A DNA stretch of 64,000 nucleotides from a virus. The stretch spans positions 32,001-96,000 of the IMG/VR virus record IMGVR_UViG_3300020190_000010, one strand, 5' to 3'. Below are positions 1 to 10,824 of this stretch, in pieces (the first letter of the stretch is position 1; every line of letters begins with the position of its first letter). Below the pieces are notes generated by a model. It worked only from the letters and a program-made list of their open reading frames with translations, was not told the origin of the DNA and searched no databases. The position numbers and the translations under genes were made by a program.

Positions 1-102
1 CAAGGTTATACACCAAATCAAATACCAGACGAAGTAATGTCTGCTTTAACCAAAGATTATTCTGCTCTTATGAAAAAGATAGAAGAAAAAAAAGGGAGAT
101 GA
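1..102 (+). CDS. 3' end of a hypothetical phage protein (partial)
   Basis: Frame 1 is open from base 1 (QGYTPNQIPDEVMSALTKDYSALMKKIEEKKGR) to TGA at 100-102; the next ATG follows 3 nt later. Confidence 0.7.
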   Translation, partial: QGYTPNQIPDEVMSALTKDYSALMKKIEEKKGR

Positions 103-105
103 TAA

Positions 106-600
106 ATGTCATTTTACCGTAGAAAAAGAGAAATTGTAAATACTGCAGTTCCAAACTTAAAATATGCAAGACCAATTGGTATAACTATACCGTTTAACAA
201 TCCAAATGGTGTATTTTTTCAAAGTTTTACTAATGTAAAACAAGTTCTTTCAAATCTTAAAAATTTGTTATTGACTGCTCGTGGTGAACGATATATGTTG
301 CCAACATTTGGAACAGATATTAGAACTATACTATTTGAAAACATTACAAATGAAGAAGATTTTTTCAATAGAATAAACGGTGAAATTGAAAGTGCAATTC
401 AAGAATGGATGCCATATCTTGTAATACAAGAATTGGAAACAATAATACCAAGTGAACAAGATTATATTGTTGAAAAAGACCATTCAGTTGAAATAAAATT
501 AACTGTAAAAATAGGTGGAACAAACATATATTTGCCAATTCAGATATTTATTGATGACACAGGCAATTTAGAAATTAAAGAGTCAATAATAAATAAATAA
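106..600 (+). CDS. Baseplate wedge protein, T4 gp25/GPW-like
   Basis: NLKNLLLTARGERYMLPTFGTDIR...LFE and IQEWMPYL match the gp25 pattern; lies upstream of a gp6-like gene; GGGAG upstream. Confidence 0.9.
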   Translation: MSFYRRKREIVNTAVPNLKYARPIGITIPFNNPNGVFFQSFTNVKQVLSNLKNLLLTARGERYMLPTFGTDIRTILFENITNEEDFFNRINGEIESAIQEWMPYLVIQELETIIPSEQDYIVEKDHSVEIKLTVKIGGTNIYLPIQIFIDDTGNLEIKESIINK

Positions 601-614
601 AGAGGCGGTTACAA

Positions 615-2510
615 ATGGCTGATTTGGTAAAAAAAGACATTCGTTATTTATCAAGAGATTTTTCTTCTCTTAAACAAAATCTTATTGATTTTGCTAAAAA
701 TTACTTTCCAAATACATACCAAGATTTTAATGAAACATCTCCGGGTATGATGTTTTTGGAAATGGCCGCTTATGTTGGTGATGTATTATCGTATTACACC
801 GATGTTACATTACAAGAATCAATGATATTACATTCTAGTGAAAGAACAAATATATTAAATTTGGCACAATCATTGGGATATAAACCAAAAAATAGAATTG
901 CATCAAATGTTGTATTGGATATATTTCAAATAGTTCCTGCAAAAACAGTTGATGGTGAAATTGTACCAGATTATGCGTATGCATTTGCAATAGAACCGGG
1001 TATGGTTGTTGGAACAACCGGCGGTGGATTTAATACTATTGAGTTTAGAACAGTTGATTTTGTTGATTTTAAGTTTAGTAGTCCTAATGATCCAACCGAA
1101 GTAACTCCTTTTGAAGTAAATGGAAGTGGTGAAGTTTTATTTTGGTTATTAAAAAAATCAGTTAAAGCTGTTTCGGGAACAATAAAAACAGTAGATTACG
1201 AATTTACAGATCCAAAACCCTATGATAAAATTGTTTTACAAGATTTGGATATGATTGAAGTTTTATATGCAATTGACTCGGATGGAAACGTATGGCATCA
1301 TGTTCCATATTTAGCACAAGATACTATTTTTGATTCCGTTATTAACGTTTCAAGAAATGATAAAACCCTATCACAACACAGAACAGAAACACCTTATTTA
1401 TTAAAACTTAAAAAAGTTGCTAGAAGATTTACAACAAGAACTGTTGATTTGGGATCATATGAAATACAATTCGGTGCAGGTGTTGCTGATTTAGATGATG
1501 AAGTTCTTATTCCAAATCCAGATTTAGTTGGTTCATCATTAACTGGTTTAGAAGCAAATACTTCAATTGATATTGATCCTTCAAATTTTCTCTATACAAA
1601 AACATATGGTCTTGCTCCAAACAATACAACACTAACTATTCATTATACTATTGGAAAAGGTATTGATGATAATGTTCAAAGTGATGTTTTAACAAGAGTA
1701 ATTAGCAGAAATATATTACTTGATGAAACTGGATTAGATAATGTTTTATACAACCAAGTGGTATCGAGTCTTGCGGTAACAAATTCTGTACCAGCTACTG
1801 GTGGAAAAACAGCAGAAGGAATAAACGAAATTCGTCAAAATGCACTTGCTTCTTTTGCTGCTCAAAATCGTGCTGTTACAAAAGAAGATTACATAATTCG
1901 TGCATATAGTTTGCCTTCAAAATATGGTTCTATCGCTAAAGCATATATTACAAAAGATACACAGTTAATATCCGAAGCAATTTTTAATAGTGAACGGGTA
2001 CAAAATGATTTAGCATTAAATTTTTATGTTTTAGGGTATGATGCTAACAAACAATTAACTACTGTAAATAATGCAACAAAAGAAAATCTAAAAACATATC
2101 TAAATCATTATAGAATGCTTACGGATGCAATTAACATTCGTGACGCTTACATAATAAACATCGGTATTGAATTTGATATAATCATATTTCCTGATCAAAA
2201 TTCAAACCAAGTTGTTCTTCGTTGTATAAACAAATTAAAACAATACTTTAATACAAAAAAATGGCAGATAAACCAACCAATTATTATCAGTAATGTTTAT
2301 ACGGAACTTGATAAAGTAGAAGGTGTCCAAACTGTTGTTGATGTAAAAATAAATAATTTATACGATCAAACATTAGGATATTCTTCTAATGCTTACAATA
2401 TACCACAAGCAACAAAAGATGGAATTATATTTCCGTCACTTGATCCATCTATTTTTGAAATAAAATATCCCGATAATGATATTATTGGTAGAGTGAGGGC
2501 ATTTGGATGA
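615..2510 (+). CDS. Baseplate wedge protein, T4 gp6/baseplate-J-like
   Basis: RDFSSLKQNL, YQDFNETSPGMMFLEMAAYVGDVLSYY, LAQSLGYKP, EIQFGAG and QNRAVTKEDY motifs. Confidence 0.9.
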   Translation: MADLVKKDIRYLSRDFSSLKQNLIDFAKNYFPNTYQDFNETSPGMMFLEMAAYVGDVLSYYTDVTLQESMILHSSERTNILNLAQSLGYKPKNRIASNVVLDIFQIVPAKTVDGEIVPDYAYAFAIEPGMVVGTTGGGFNTIEFRTVDFVDFKFSSPNDPTEVTPFEVNGSGEVLFWLLKKSVKAVSGTIKTVDYEFTDPKPYDKIVLQDLDMIEVLYAIDSDGNVWHHVPYLAQDTIFDSVINVSRNDKTLSQHRTETPYLLKLKKVARRFTTRTVDLGSYEIQFGAGVADLDDEVLIPNPDLVGSSLTGLEANTSIDIDPSNFLYTKTYGLAPNNTTLTIHYTIGKGIDDNVQSDVLTRVISRNILLDETGLDNVLYNQVVSSLAVTNSVPATGGKTAEGINEIRQNALASFAAQNRAVTKEDYIIRAYSLPSKYGSIAKAYITKDTQLISEAIFNSERVQNDLALNFYVLGYDANKQLTTVNNATKENLKTYLNHYRMLTDAINIRDAYIINIGIEFDIIIFPDQNSNQVVLRCINKLKQYFNTKKWQINQPIIISNVYTELDKVEGVQTVVDVKINNLYDQTLGYSSNAYNIPQATKDGIIFPSLDPSIFEIKYPDNDIIGRVRAFG

Positions 2511-3676
2511 TATATTCGATATATGCTGAAAAAGATGCAACAATTTATGAAAAAACCGAATCAAAAAATTCAGGTCTTGATTCATTATTAGAATTATCCC
2601 ATGAATTAGTTGGAACTGCATCCAAATACAATAGTAGAATACTAATAAAATTTGATATTAGTGAAATTGAAGAAAAAATAAATGCAGGTAAAATATCAAA
2701 TAATGCAAAATACTATTTATCATTGAGAACAGCAGATGTAAGAGAAATACCACAAGAATATGATGTTTATGCATATCCCGTAAGTTCTTCATGGACAAAT
2801 GGAACTGGTAGATTTTTTAATAATCCATTTTCAACAGACGGTGTTTCTTGGAAATATAGAACTTCAAAAACTGTTGGAACAGAATGGGATGTACCGCCTG
2901 CAACATCCTCATTGGAATGGGATAGTATTTCACAAACATGGGTTGATGCTGCCATATTATTTGGTTCAAATTTATCTGCAAATGTTACGTCATCATATTT
3001 CTCAAAAGAAGGTGGAGGAACATGGTGGGATTATGATAATATTGAATGCACACAATCATTTTCTTTTCAGACAAGTGATTTGTATATGGATGTTACACAG
3101 ATAGTAAAAAAATGGGTTACTGGTTCTGGTAGATTTGAAAATGATGGTTTTATACTTAAATTTAGTAATGATATTGAAAGTTCATTAGATACATTAAACA
3201 GTTTGAAATTTTTTGGAACAGATAGTAATACAATATATGTTCCAAGATTGCATGTTATTTGGAATGATTCTGTTTTTATTACTGGAAGTTTGAGTCCAAT
3301 AACTGATAGTAATATGAATATAAATTTGAAATTAAAAAAGTTTTATTCACAAGATGAAAAAGCAAAAGTAAAAATTTATGCAAATACAAAATATCCACAA
3401 AAAAATTATACAACTCAATCGTATCATACTGTAAATTATTATCTACCATCATCATCTTATTATGAAATTAGAGATGCACATACGGATGAAATAATACTAC
3501 CATTTAATTACACTGGTTCAAAAATTAGTTGTGATGGAACAAGTAGTTACTTTAATGTTTGGATGAATGCATTTCAACCAGAAAGATTTTATCGTATAGT
3601 TTTGAAAGTAGAAACAGATGGTGGTGATAATGTCCAAATTTTTGATAACAATTATTACTTTAAGGTTACACGATAA
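2507..3676 (+). CDS. Virion structural protein, DNRLRE-like beta-sandwich
   Basis: N-terminal EKDATIYE...N.G...LEL...SRILIKFD and later DVTQIVKKW...DGFILK resemble DNRLRE domains; ATGA overlap with the gp6-like gene. Confidence 0.55.
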   Translation: MIYSIYAEKDATIYEKTESKNSGLDSLLELSHELVGTASKYNSRILIKFDISEIEEKINAGKISNNAKYYLSLRTADVREIPQEYDVYAYPVSSSWTNGTGRFFNNPFSTDGVSWKYRTSKTVGTEWDVPPATSSLEWDSISQTWVDAAILFGSNLSANVTSSYFSKEGGGTWWDYDNIECTQSFSFQTSDLYMDVTQIVKKWVTGSGRFENDGFILKFSNDIESSLDTLNSLKFFGTDSNTIYVPRLHVIWNDSVFITGSLSPITDSNMNINLKLKKFYSQDEKAKVKIYANTKYPQKNYTTQSYHTVNYYLPSSSYYEIRDAHTDEIILPFNYTGSKISCDGTSSYFNVWMNAFQPERFYRIVLKVETDGGDNVQIFDNNYYFKVTR

Positions 3677-3678
3677 CT

Positions 3679-4749
3679 ATGTATTCATCACCTACTCCAC
3701 CGCCGCCTCCTGTTGTTCCACCGGCTCCACCAGCGCCTCCTGGTGTTCCACCGGCTCCACCAGCGCCACCACCTCCTTTCCTTACTCCAGGTGGTAGACT
3801 CGGTAGTGATATGATAAATATGCTAAAAAGAGATCAGTTAAATGGCCGTATAATAAGTTATGTTCCACAAAGTGAAATTCAAAACTTTGGATCTATAGAA
3901 GTTGCTGTTCTTGACGGTAGATATGTTCGTAGTGATTTTACACGAATAATAGATACAAAATTTAAGTCATTACCAGACGCAATTAGCGCTGAACAAAGTG
4001 TATTTAATAAAATATCAAGTATACAAAACAGAGCTTTATTACCAGGTGAATTTGAAAAAATAACAGGAAAACCATTACCAGCTGGATTAAATGATCAACA
4101 AATTCGTGAATTGGCAAAAAAAGAATTTTTAACAAAAGTAAATAACTTAACAAATGCAGGTGATAATACAATAGGTGGTTTGCAAGTTAGAATTTCCGAA
4201 CTTGAATCTGAAAACGCTAGAAAAGACTCTATTATTAGTGATCAATTACAAACCATTTCTAATTTTGATGATGTTCTTTCATCCGTTAGTGCAGAGAGGG
4301 CAAATGCTTTAACAACTGCAGAAAAACAAAGAGAAGCAAAAGTTTCACTACAACAACAGGCAGATGAAACACTTTTCAGAACCGAATTGGAAGTTATTAA
4401 ACAAAGAGAAGAATCTGCAAAAGCTGCTGAAGAATTAAAAGAAGCATTACTTGATGTTGCAGACCAAAGAGACGAAATCACTAATATTCAATCCGATGTT
4501 GCAACTACACAGGCGGTTGTTACTGGTCTAGCAAGTGATGTAAAAGATATAAGTGTTGATAATACAAGACAAGATGGAGAAATTAGAGATGCACAAGATA
4601 CAGCAGATGATGCGATTGATCAATCAAATTCTGCTAGAAATGATGCTAATGCTTCAACCTTCAAAATAAATGAGGCAAATAGAAAGGCGGCATCTGTATT
4701 GTCTACTGATACTGCTGAACAGGCAATTGATAAGATATTCCCAATTTAA
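3679..4749 (+). CDS. Hypothetical baseplate-region protein with poly-Pro N-terminus and long coiled coil
   Basis: 356-aa ORF packed between structural genes; Pro-rich first 33 aa; heptad-like Ala/Gln/Glu-rich C-terminal half. Confidence 0.65.
   Translation: MYSSPTPPPPPVVPPAPPAPPGVPPAPPAPPPPFLTPGGRLGSDMINMLKRDQLNGRIISYVPQSEIQNFGSIEVAVLDGRYVRSDFTRIIDTKFKSLPDAISAEQSVFNKISSIQNRALLPGEFEKITGKPLPAGLNDQQIRELAKKEFLTKVNNLTNAGDNTIGGLQVRISELESENARKDSIISDQLQTISNFDDVLSSVSAERANALTTAEKQREAKVSLQQQADETLFRTELEVIKQREESAKAAEELKEALLDVADQRDEITNIQSDVATTQAVVTGLASDVKDISVDNTRQDGEIRDAQDTADDAIDQSNSARNDANASTFKINEANRKAASVLSTDTAEQAIDKIFPI
3704..3767 (+). repeat. 30-bp tandem repeat encoding PPP(V/G)VPPAPPA
   Basis: cgcctcctg(t/g)tgttccaccggctccaccag occurs twice with one mismatch. 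Confidence 0.9.
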
Positions 4750-4763
4750 CAACGGATGGTTTA

Positions 4764-7700
4764 GTGACAAATTTTAGTTACAAAAATATAGACGATATTT
4801 TATTAGCAAAAGGTCCAATTCGAGGAACCAGATTTACACCAATTAGATTAAAAAGAAAATTGGTTGTTCCTGTTTTGGATGCACCAACAACTCAATTTTT
4901 TGAATATCCTGATGCCAGTTTAGAACTTCATGCATTTTTACCAACAACTGCATATGTTGATGGTGCATCGTTATATGATATACCTTTTACAACAAAAACT
5001 GTAAATGAACAAGTTACAATTGATGGTGTATCAACAACCGTAGAAAGAAAATATGTTGTATTGGATGTTCATAGACATATCCATGAGTTTTTGAAATTAC
5101 CAGTTGGTGAATATAAATTTGTTTACAACTTTTTTAGAAATTTGGTTGGAGATCCATCAACTGATGCTTATAGATTATTTATATCCGATTTGTCTGCAGA
5201 TCGTAGAGAAGTTAGACTTTCCTTAAAATACGCTGCAAATCAAGAAGCAATTAAAAGATTAAGTGATTTTGTTTTAACATATCTATCATCAACAACATAT
5301 TTGCCACCGATAGTATTAAACTTTGGTGAAAATTTAATAGTAGATGTAATAAACATTACAACTGATGGTGATGATACATATTTTTATGCAAAATTATATG
5401 AGCCATTACCAGCAGATGTTGATGTTTATTACGAATGTTGGTTAGGTAGTCAGATACTTAAACCTTGGATAGAAAATGTATCAGTTCGTAGAGAAGAAGG
5501 TGTTGGTAAAATACCATATATTAGTGGACCTAATTTTGAAGTTGATTATGATTATTGGCTATCAACTGAAACTGATTACAAATCTTGGAATGATTTATTA
5601 TCCACAAATGTTCAAACATCACAAGAATTATTAAATAGATATGTATTTGATTACGGAAGTAATGTAAAATTAAATGTAGATTTTCGTGAGTTTAAGAACT
5701 TTATATTTTATTCTTCTGCTGCTGATAGACTTGCAAATTTCTTTTTCAAATTGGGTTTAATAGAAAATTACAACACACAACTTGTTTTATTATCTACATA
5801 TACGGGTTCCGTTGATGCTAATGTTATTAAAGTTACAAATTTAAGGGATAAGGTAATTGGTGGTTTTGATGAATTTGAAAAATGGATGTATTACGAAACC
5901 ACCGGTAGTAATTATTACACATCACAACTATCATCAACAATTACACCATTTCCAAAATATGAATTGGATATAACTGCAAGTAATTACAATATAGCAACAA
6001 AAGAGGGTAAATTTGGTTTATATTCAACATTATCTGCCGAAGGACAAAATTGGTATGATAACTTATATGAGTCTGCGAGTAACTATGATTTAAAAAATTA
6101 CAACTCTCTCAATAAAGCAATACCAGAATTTTTAAGAGATGACGAAGATAACGATGAATTTACAGTTTTTGTAAATATGATTGGACAACATTTTGATATA
6201 ATATATTTGTATACCGACCATATTTTGAAAAAAAATCAAAGAAAAGAAAATCCAAAAGACGGATTATCACAAGATTTAATATATGAAACTGCAAAAAATT
6301 TAGGTTGGACATTATCACATGGAACACAAGCAAAAGACCTTTGGGAATATGCACTTGGTTTAAGTGGTAGTGGCGAACCAATTTGGTCTGGAAAAGTAAC
6401 TACAAACAAATACCTTGCAAAAACAGAAGAAGAAAGAACAAAAGAAGTTTGGCGTAGAATACTAAATAATTTACCATATATTTACAAAACAAAAGGAACT
6501 GCAAGAGGAATACGGGCATTACTTGCTGCTTATGGCATACCAAAAACTCTTTTAAGTATAAGAGAATACGGTGGTCCAGATAATGCCGATTTCGGTGAAA
6601 CACCAAGAACAGAATTTGAAAAACAAACTTATTATCTAAATTTTTCAGGAAGTTATCCGCTACCAACAACAAATCGTTATGTTGAAGTTCCGTGGGAACA
6701 AATTAACAATGAAGATGGCAATTGGCAATATCCAGATACATTAACATTTCGTTGGAAAATGGAACCAAACAAAATGTATAAATATGATTTGGATCCAATA
6801 CAAACTGTATTGCAAAAACAAAGTGGTAGTCGAGTGGATTGGTTTGTTACTGCAAATAAAAATGGAACTGATATTGAAAAAGGAAGTTTAACTTTTTATT
6901 TAGGAAATGGTAGTAGTTACAAAAGTGCATCAATAAACGATGATTATTTCTATGATGATGTTCCATTAAATTTAATGATTAAAAGAAGATATACAAATGA
7001 TAATTCTTCTTCAAATCAAATTTATGATTTTATAGTTAAAACTGAAAAATACGGAAAAGTTGTAATAGAAAGGTCTGCTAGTATATCCGTAACTGGAAGC
7101 ACCGAATCAAATTACAATCGTGCATGGGTATCAAGTGGACAATTATACATTGGTTCTGGATCAAATACACAAACAAATAATATACTTTCAGGTTCAATTT
7201 TTGAATTGAGATATTGGGCAAAACAATTAAATGAAACTTCTTTCAATAACCATGTGTTATCTGCTCGTGCTTACAATGGTAATACACCAACATCCTCTTT
7301 CTATGATTTACAGGCACAATGGAAATTTTGGCAAAAATTTGATGTTGCAGTTACAACAAGTATACAAAGTTCACATCCAGACCAAACAAAAAATACATTT
7401 TATAGTTCTTCAAAAAATGCTTATTTTTATGGATTTGATTCCGGTGCATTTGAAAGTTTTGTTGAAACATATAATATGGAAATTGTAACTGCAGGAAATA
7501 ACACACCGTTTACAGAAAAAATCCGAATTGACTCCGCATCATTACTTGCTCCATTAAAAGTTGATGAATCATTTGCCGTTTCAAATTTTGATAAATTTTC
7601 TATTGATACAAATAAATTGATGGTTGCATTTTCACCAAACCATATAATAAATGAAGACATATATGAGGCATTAGGATATACAACACTTGATGATTATTTT

Positions 7701-8762
7701 GGTGAATACTCTGCTGTAAATTCCGATGAATATGTAAACTTAAAACATTTTGCAAGAGAATACTGGAAAAAATATCCAAACAAAAATGATTTTACTGCAT
7801 ATATTCGTTTAATTGCAAAATTTGATTTTAGTGTATTTGATCAAATTCGTCAAACATTACCATTAAGAACAAATGAAATTTTAGGTGTGGTTGTAGAACC
7901 AAATGTTCTTGAACGCTCAAAAGTAAAAGTAAATAGAGATTTTTCTGCTGAAAATGTAAATGTAGTTGATACTAATGTTTTGGATAAGGCACCAAAACCG
8001 GCAGTATCTATTTCAAGAAAAAAATCAACTTTATTGATTGGATTTGAAGAAAACTTTGGAAGTAACATTGCAAATGTTGAAGGTGAATATGATGTTGAAA
8101 CTAATTTTAGTGTTGTAGTTGATGATATTGAAGGTGATAGAGATATAAAAGCTGAAGTAAAACCTAAAATACAATTTAGAAAAAAGGCAAAAATTACTCC
8201 AAAATTCAAAAAAATTGAAAGTCAATATAAACCAACTATTAAAACAAAAATACAATCAACATTTAAGTCAATACTACCAAGTATTAGTTCACTTGAAACT
8301 ACATTGATTGCAAAATCATCAAAGATAAGTGTTCAATCAAATATGTTTTATTCTCCAACTGGAATATTATCCATTATTCCATTGCGTTCAAATAGAATAG
8401 ATTTTGAAAATTTAACTTCAATTGGGTATAATGCTAAAGAAAGAAAAACTGCTTACTATCAACAAATAGATAGATACAGAGATGATAGTTATTATCAAAA
8501 ATTTGATCCAAGATATGCAACCATATTAAGTTACAATATGGAAGCACCAACATCTTATGAAAAAATATCAACAGATTATCGTAAATCTGAAAATTTACCA
8601 ACTGGTATAAAAAATCATAGATTTATTGGAACAAAACTTCGTGGAAAAAATAATGAAGCAATAAACCAAGATTGTATACCTGCAGTAACGCCAGACGGTG
8701 GACCGGTTGTTGTTGTAATTACATCAAATCTTGATACTGACATTGAATATAATATACAATAA
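4764..8762 (+). CDS. Large baseplate wedge protein (gp7/P2-I-like segment plus LamG-like domain)
   Basis: RRILNNLPYIYKTKGTARGIRALLAAYGIP matches the gp7/tail-I KGT motif; LYIGSGS...LSGSIFELRYW matches a LamG-like C-terminus; GTG start. Confidence 0.7.
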   Translation: MTNFSYKNIDDILLAKGPIRGTRFTPIRLKRKLVVPVLDAPTTQFFEYPDASLELHAFLPTTAYVDGASLYDIPFTTKTVNEQVTIDGVSTTVERKYVVLDVHRHIHEFLKLPVGEYKFVYNFFRNLVGDPSTDAYRLFISDLSADRREVRLSLKYAANQEAIKRLSDFVLTYLSSTTYLPPIVLNFGENLIVDVINITTDGDDTYFYAKLYEPLPADVDVYYECWLGSQILKPWIENVSVRREEGVGKIPYISGPNFEVDYDYWLSTETDYKSWNDLLSTNVQTSQELLNRYVFDYGSNVKLNVDFREFKNFIFYSSAADRLANFFFKLGLIENYNTQLVLLSTYTGSVDANVIKVTNLRDKVIGGFDEFEKWMYYETTGSNYYTSQLSSTITPFPKYELDITASNYNIATKEGKFGLYSTLSAEGQNWYDNLYESASNYDLKNYNSLNKAIPEFLRDDEDNDEFTVFVNMIGQHFDIIYLYTDHILKKNQRKENPKDGLSQDLIYETAKNLGWTLSHGTQAKDLWEYALGLSGSGEPIWSGKVTTNKYLAKTEEERTKEVWRRILNNLPYIYKTKGTARGIRALLAAYGIPKTLLSIREYGGPDNADFGETPRTEFEKQTYYLNFSGSYPLPTTNRYVEVPWEQINNEDGNWQYPDTLTFRWKMEPNKMYKYDLDPIQTVLQKQSGSRVDWFVTANKNGTDIEKGSLTFYLGNGSSYKSASINDDYFYDDVPLNLMIKRRYTNDNSSSNQIYDFIVKTEKYGKVVIERSASISVTGSTESNYNRAWVSSGQLYIGSGSNTQTNNILSGSIFELRYWAKQLNETSFNNHVLSARAYNGNTPTSSFYDLQAQWKFWQKFDVAVTTSIQSSHPDQTKNTFYSSSKNAYFYGFDSGAFESFVETYNMEIVTAGNNTPFTEKIRIDSASLLAPLKVDESFAVSNFDKFSIDTNKLMVAFSPNHIINEDIYEALGYTTLDDYFGEYSAVNSDEYVNLKHFAREYWKKYPNKNDFTAYIRLIAKFDFSVFDQIRQTLPLRTNEILGVVVEPNVLERSKVKVNRDFSAENVNVVDTNVLDKAPKPAVSISRKKSTLLIGFEENFGSNIANVEGEYDVETNFSVVVDDIEGDRDIKAEVKPKIQFRKKAKITPKFKKIESQYKPTIKTKIQSTFKSILPSISSLETTLIAKSSKISVQSNMFYSPTGILSIIPLRSNRIDFENLTSIGYNAKERKTAYYQQIDRYRDDSYYQKFDPRYATILSYNMEAPTSYEKISTDYRKSENLPTGIKNHRFIGTKLRGKNNEAINQDCIPAVTPDGGPVVVVITSNLDTDIEYNIQ

Positions 8763-8802
8763 TTAAAAATAACAATTATTTGTGGTAAATTATTTTACAA
8801 CC

Positions 8803-8810
8803 ATATTTAT
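8803..8810 (+). promoter_or_regulatory. Candidate phage late promoter ATATTTAT
   Basis: The same octamer recurs in ten intergenic gaps upstream of + strand genes. Confidence 0.65.
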
Positions 8811-8891
8811 ATTGGAAATCTACCCACTATTTGTTTTGGGTATCAATAAAATGTATTTTAATATACTAATTAAAAATAAAGGAGTATTAAC

Positions 8892-9611
8892 ATGGGTTAT
8901 TTGAGCAATAGTGGCACAATCACCGTAGATGCAATTCTTACGAAAAAAGGTAGAGAGTTACTTGCTAAAGGTCAAGGTAGTTTTAACATTACACAATTTG
9001 CACTTTCTGATGATGAAGTAGATTATGATTTATGGAACCCACAACATGGACTTGGTTCCGATTACTTTGGTATAGTAATTGAAAACATGCCAGTTACTGA
9101 AGCTGTTCCAGATGAAACACAATCAATGAAATATAAATTGATTACACTTCCTCCAGGAACAAAAGCAATTCCATATCTTGAAGAAAAAAATGGACAAACA
9201 TCCGTATCAGTATACAGTCAAGGTTATTTGGGAAATAATGCTGCAACTTTTCCTGTTACTAAACTAGTGGAAATTGGAACATTCCAATACACAGGTACAC
9301 AAAGTAATACAAGAATGGATGCAGAAGCTCAAACATATACTCTTACTATTTTAGATTCAACTTATATTATGTTTGACACAACGATCCCATTGAATACAAA
9401 CAAGCAACCAAGTATGTCAGGTAATTCAATGACATATTCTGGAGTTGGTGATGTTTTGACTAATGGTCAAAGATATGTAAACTTTACAGTTAGAGGTAAA
9501 GACGTTCCAACTGTTCCGGGTGGAGTAGAAACTACAAAATCTACAAAAATTATTATTACTAATGAAAAGTATGGCTCAAGATTAGTTTTACCGGTATCAT
9601 TTACATACTAA
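8892..9611 (+). CDS. Virion structural protein with tail-collar-fibre (DUF3751)-like N-terminus
   Basis: AILTKKGRELLAKG...ITQFALSDD; GGAG SD at 8881. Confidence 0.6.
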   Translation: MGYLSNSGTITVDAILTKKGRELLAKGQGSFNITQFALSDDEVDYDLWNPQHGLGSDYFGIVIENMPVTEAVPDETQSMKYKLITLPPGTKAIPYLEEKNGQTSVSVYSQGYLGNNAATFPVTKLVEIGTFQYTGTQSNTRMDAEAQTYTLTILDSTYIMFDTTIPLNTNKQPSMSGNSMTYSGVGDVLTNGQRYVNFTVRGKDVPTVPGGVETTKSTKIIITNEKYGSRLVLPVSFTY

Positions 9612-9649
9612 TTTTAGTAAGTTTTTTTAATAAAAGATAGGAATTTAAC

Positions 9650-10822
9650 ATGAGTAGCTTAATCTATAAGCCATTAGAATTTACTGTAGCACCAAATGGT
9701 AGAGCAGAAGTAATTACAACACCATTCATTCGTGGTATGTGGGATGATACTACAAGTGAACTTATGACATTTTTTACAAGTTCATTACAAACCACTGCTT
9801 CTCAAGAATACTATTATGAAATTTGGAGTTCTTCTTCTTTGAGTTGCGAAAACAAAGAAAAAGTTTTTTCCGTTGCATATGGTCATGTAAGTGGTTCTGG
9901 CTCACAATATAATAATGCAAACGTAGAAAATACTTCTGGCGATACACCATCAAAATCGATATACAACCAATTCAAACAAATGTGTCTTGATGGAGATGAA
10001 GGTGGTTTGAAATTGTCAGGATCATCATTCCCAATGACACATTTTTATGTTGTATCACTCAATCGTGATAAATTTGGTGATAAATTGGATCCAGGTAATT
10101 TTGAATTAAACTTGGTAGAATTAAGTGGAAGTGGTATTCCAAATAATGATTTTACTGGAAGTAAAGTTGTTCCCTCCGGATCAAATCCAAAAATGATTTC
10201 TTTAATAGATGATTCTGGCGATATTAACAATAGTGCTGTAGACGAAAGCGGTATTGCAACATCTGTTCCAAGATATATTGTTAGTGGTAGTTTGTCAAAT
10301 GGTATTCATAATACATCCGCACCACATCAATACGGTATTGTTTATCCAAGTTTGGGTATAATGTTATTGGATGCCGATAAACTAAACCTTTCAGCATCAT
10401 TTAATTCAGTAACAGGTAGTAATGTAAACGGTGATAATTCATATAAATTATTTACAGCCATAAGTGGTGCTGCTTCTTTACAATCAACTGGATTTAATGC
10501 TCGTTCAATTGACGTAAAAAATGAGTCACATTTTTATGTAAGAGTAAAAACAGAAACAAATGGTTATGGATCTAATAATCCAACTTTTGTTTTACCGCCA
10601 AATACTGTTGATGCTGAAACAGGAATATCTGCAACAGGATTGATAAAATATAGTGACTGGAGGGCAAAGGCATCCGGTGTTTCTGGAAAACCAACCGTTT
10701 ACATAACATCAATTGGTTTGTATGATAAAGACTTCAACCTATTGGCTGTTGCTAAAATGAGTAAACCGGTAAGACATGATATAAATGAAGAATTATCAAT
10801 AACTGTAAAATTAGAGTATTAA
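9650..10822 (+). CDS. Baseplate/tail structural protein, paralogue 1
   Basis: Shares FSVAYGH, DKLDPGNF, SLIDDSG and C-terminal YITSIGLYD..LLAVAK motifs with downstream ORFs. Confidence 0.7.
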   Translation: MSSLIYKPLEFTVAPNGRAEVITTPFIRGMWDDTTSELMTFFTSSLQTTASQEYYYEIWSSSSLSCENKEKVFSVAYGHVSGSGSQYNNANVENTSGDTPSKSIYNQFKQMCLDGDEGGLKLSGSSFPMTHFYVVSLNRDKFGDKLDPGNFELNLVELSGSGIPNNDFTGSKVVPSGSNPKMISLIDDSGDINNSAVDESGIATSVPRYIVSGSLSNGIHNTSAPHQYGIVYPSLGIMLLDADKLNLSASFNSVTGSNVNGDNSYKLFTAISGAASLQSTGFNARSIDVKNESHFYVRVKTETNGYGSNNPTFVLPPNTVDAETGISATGLIKYSDWRAKASGVSGKPTVYITSIGLYDKDFNLLAVAKMSKPVRHDINEELSITVKLEY

Positions 10823-10824
10823 AT

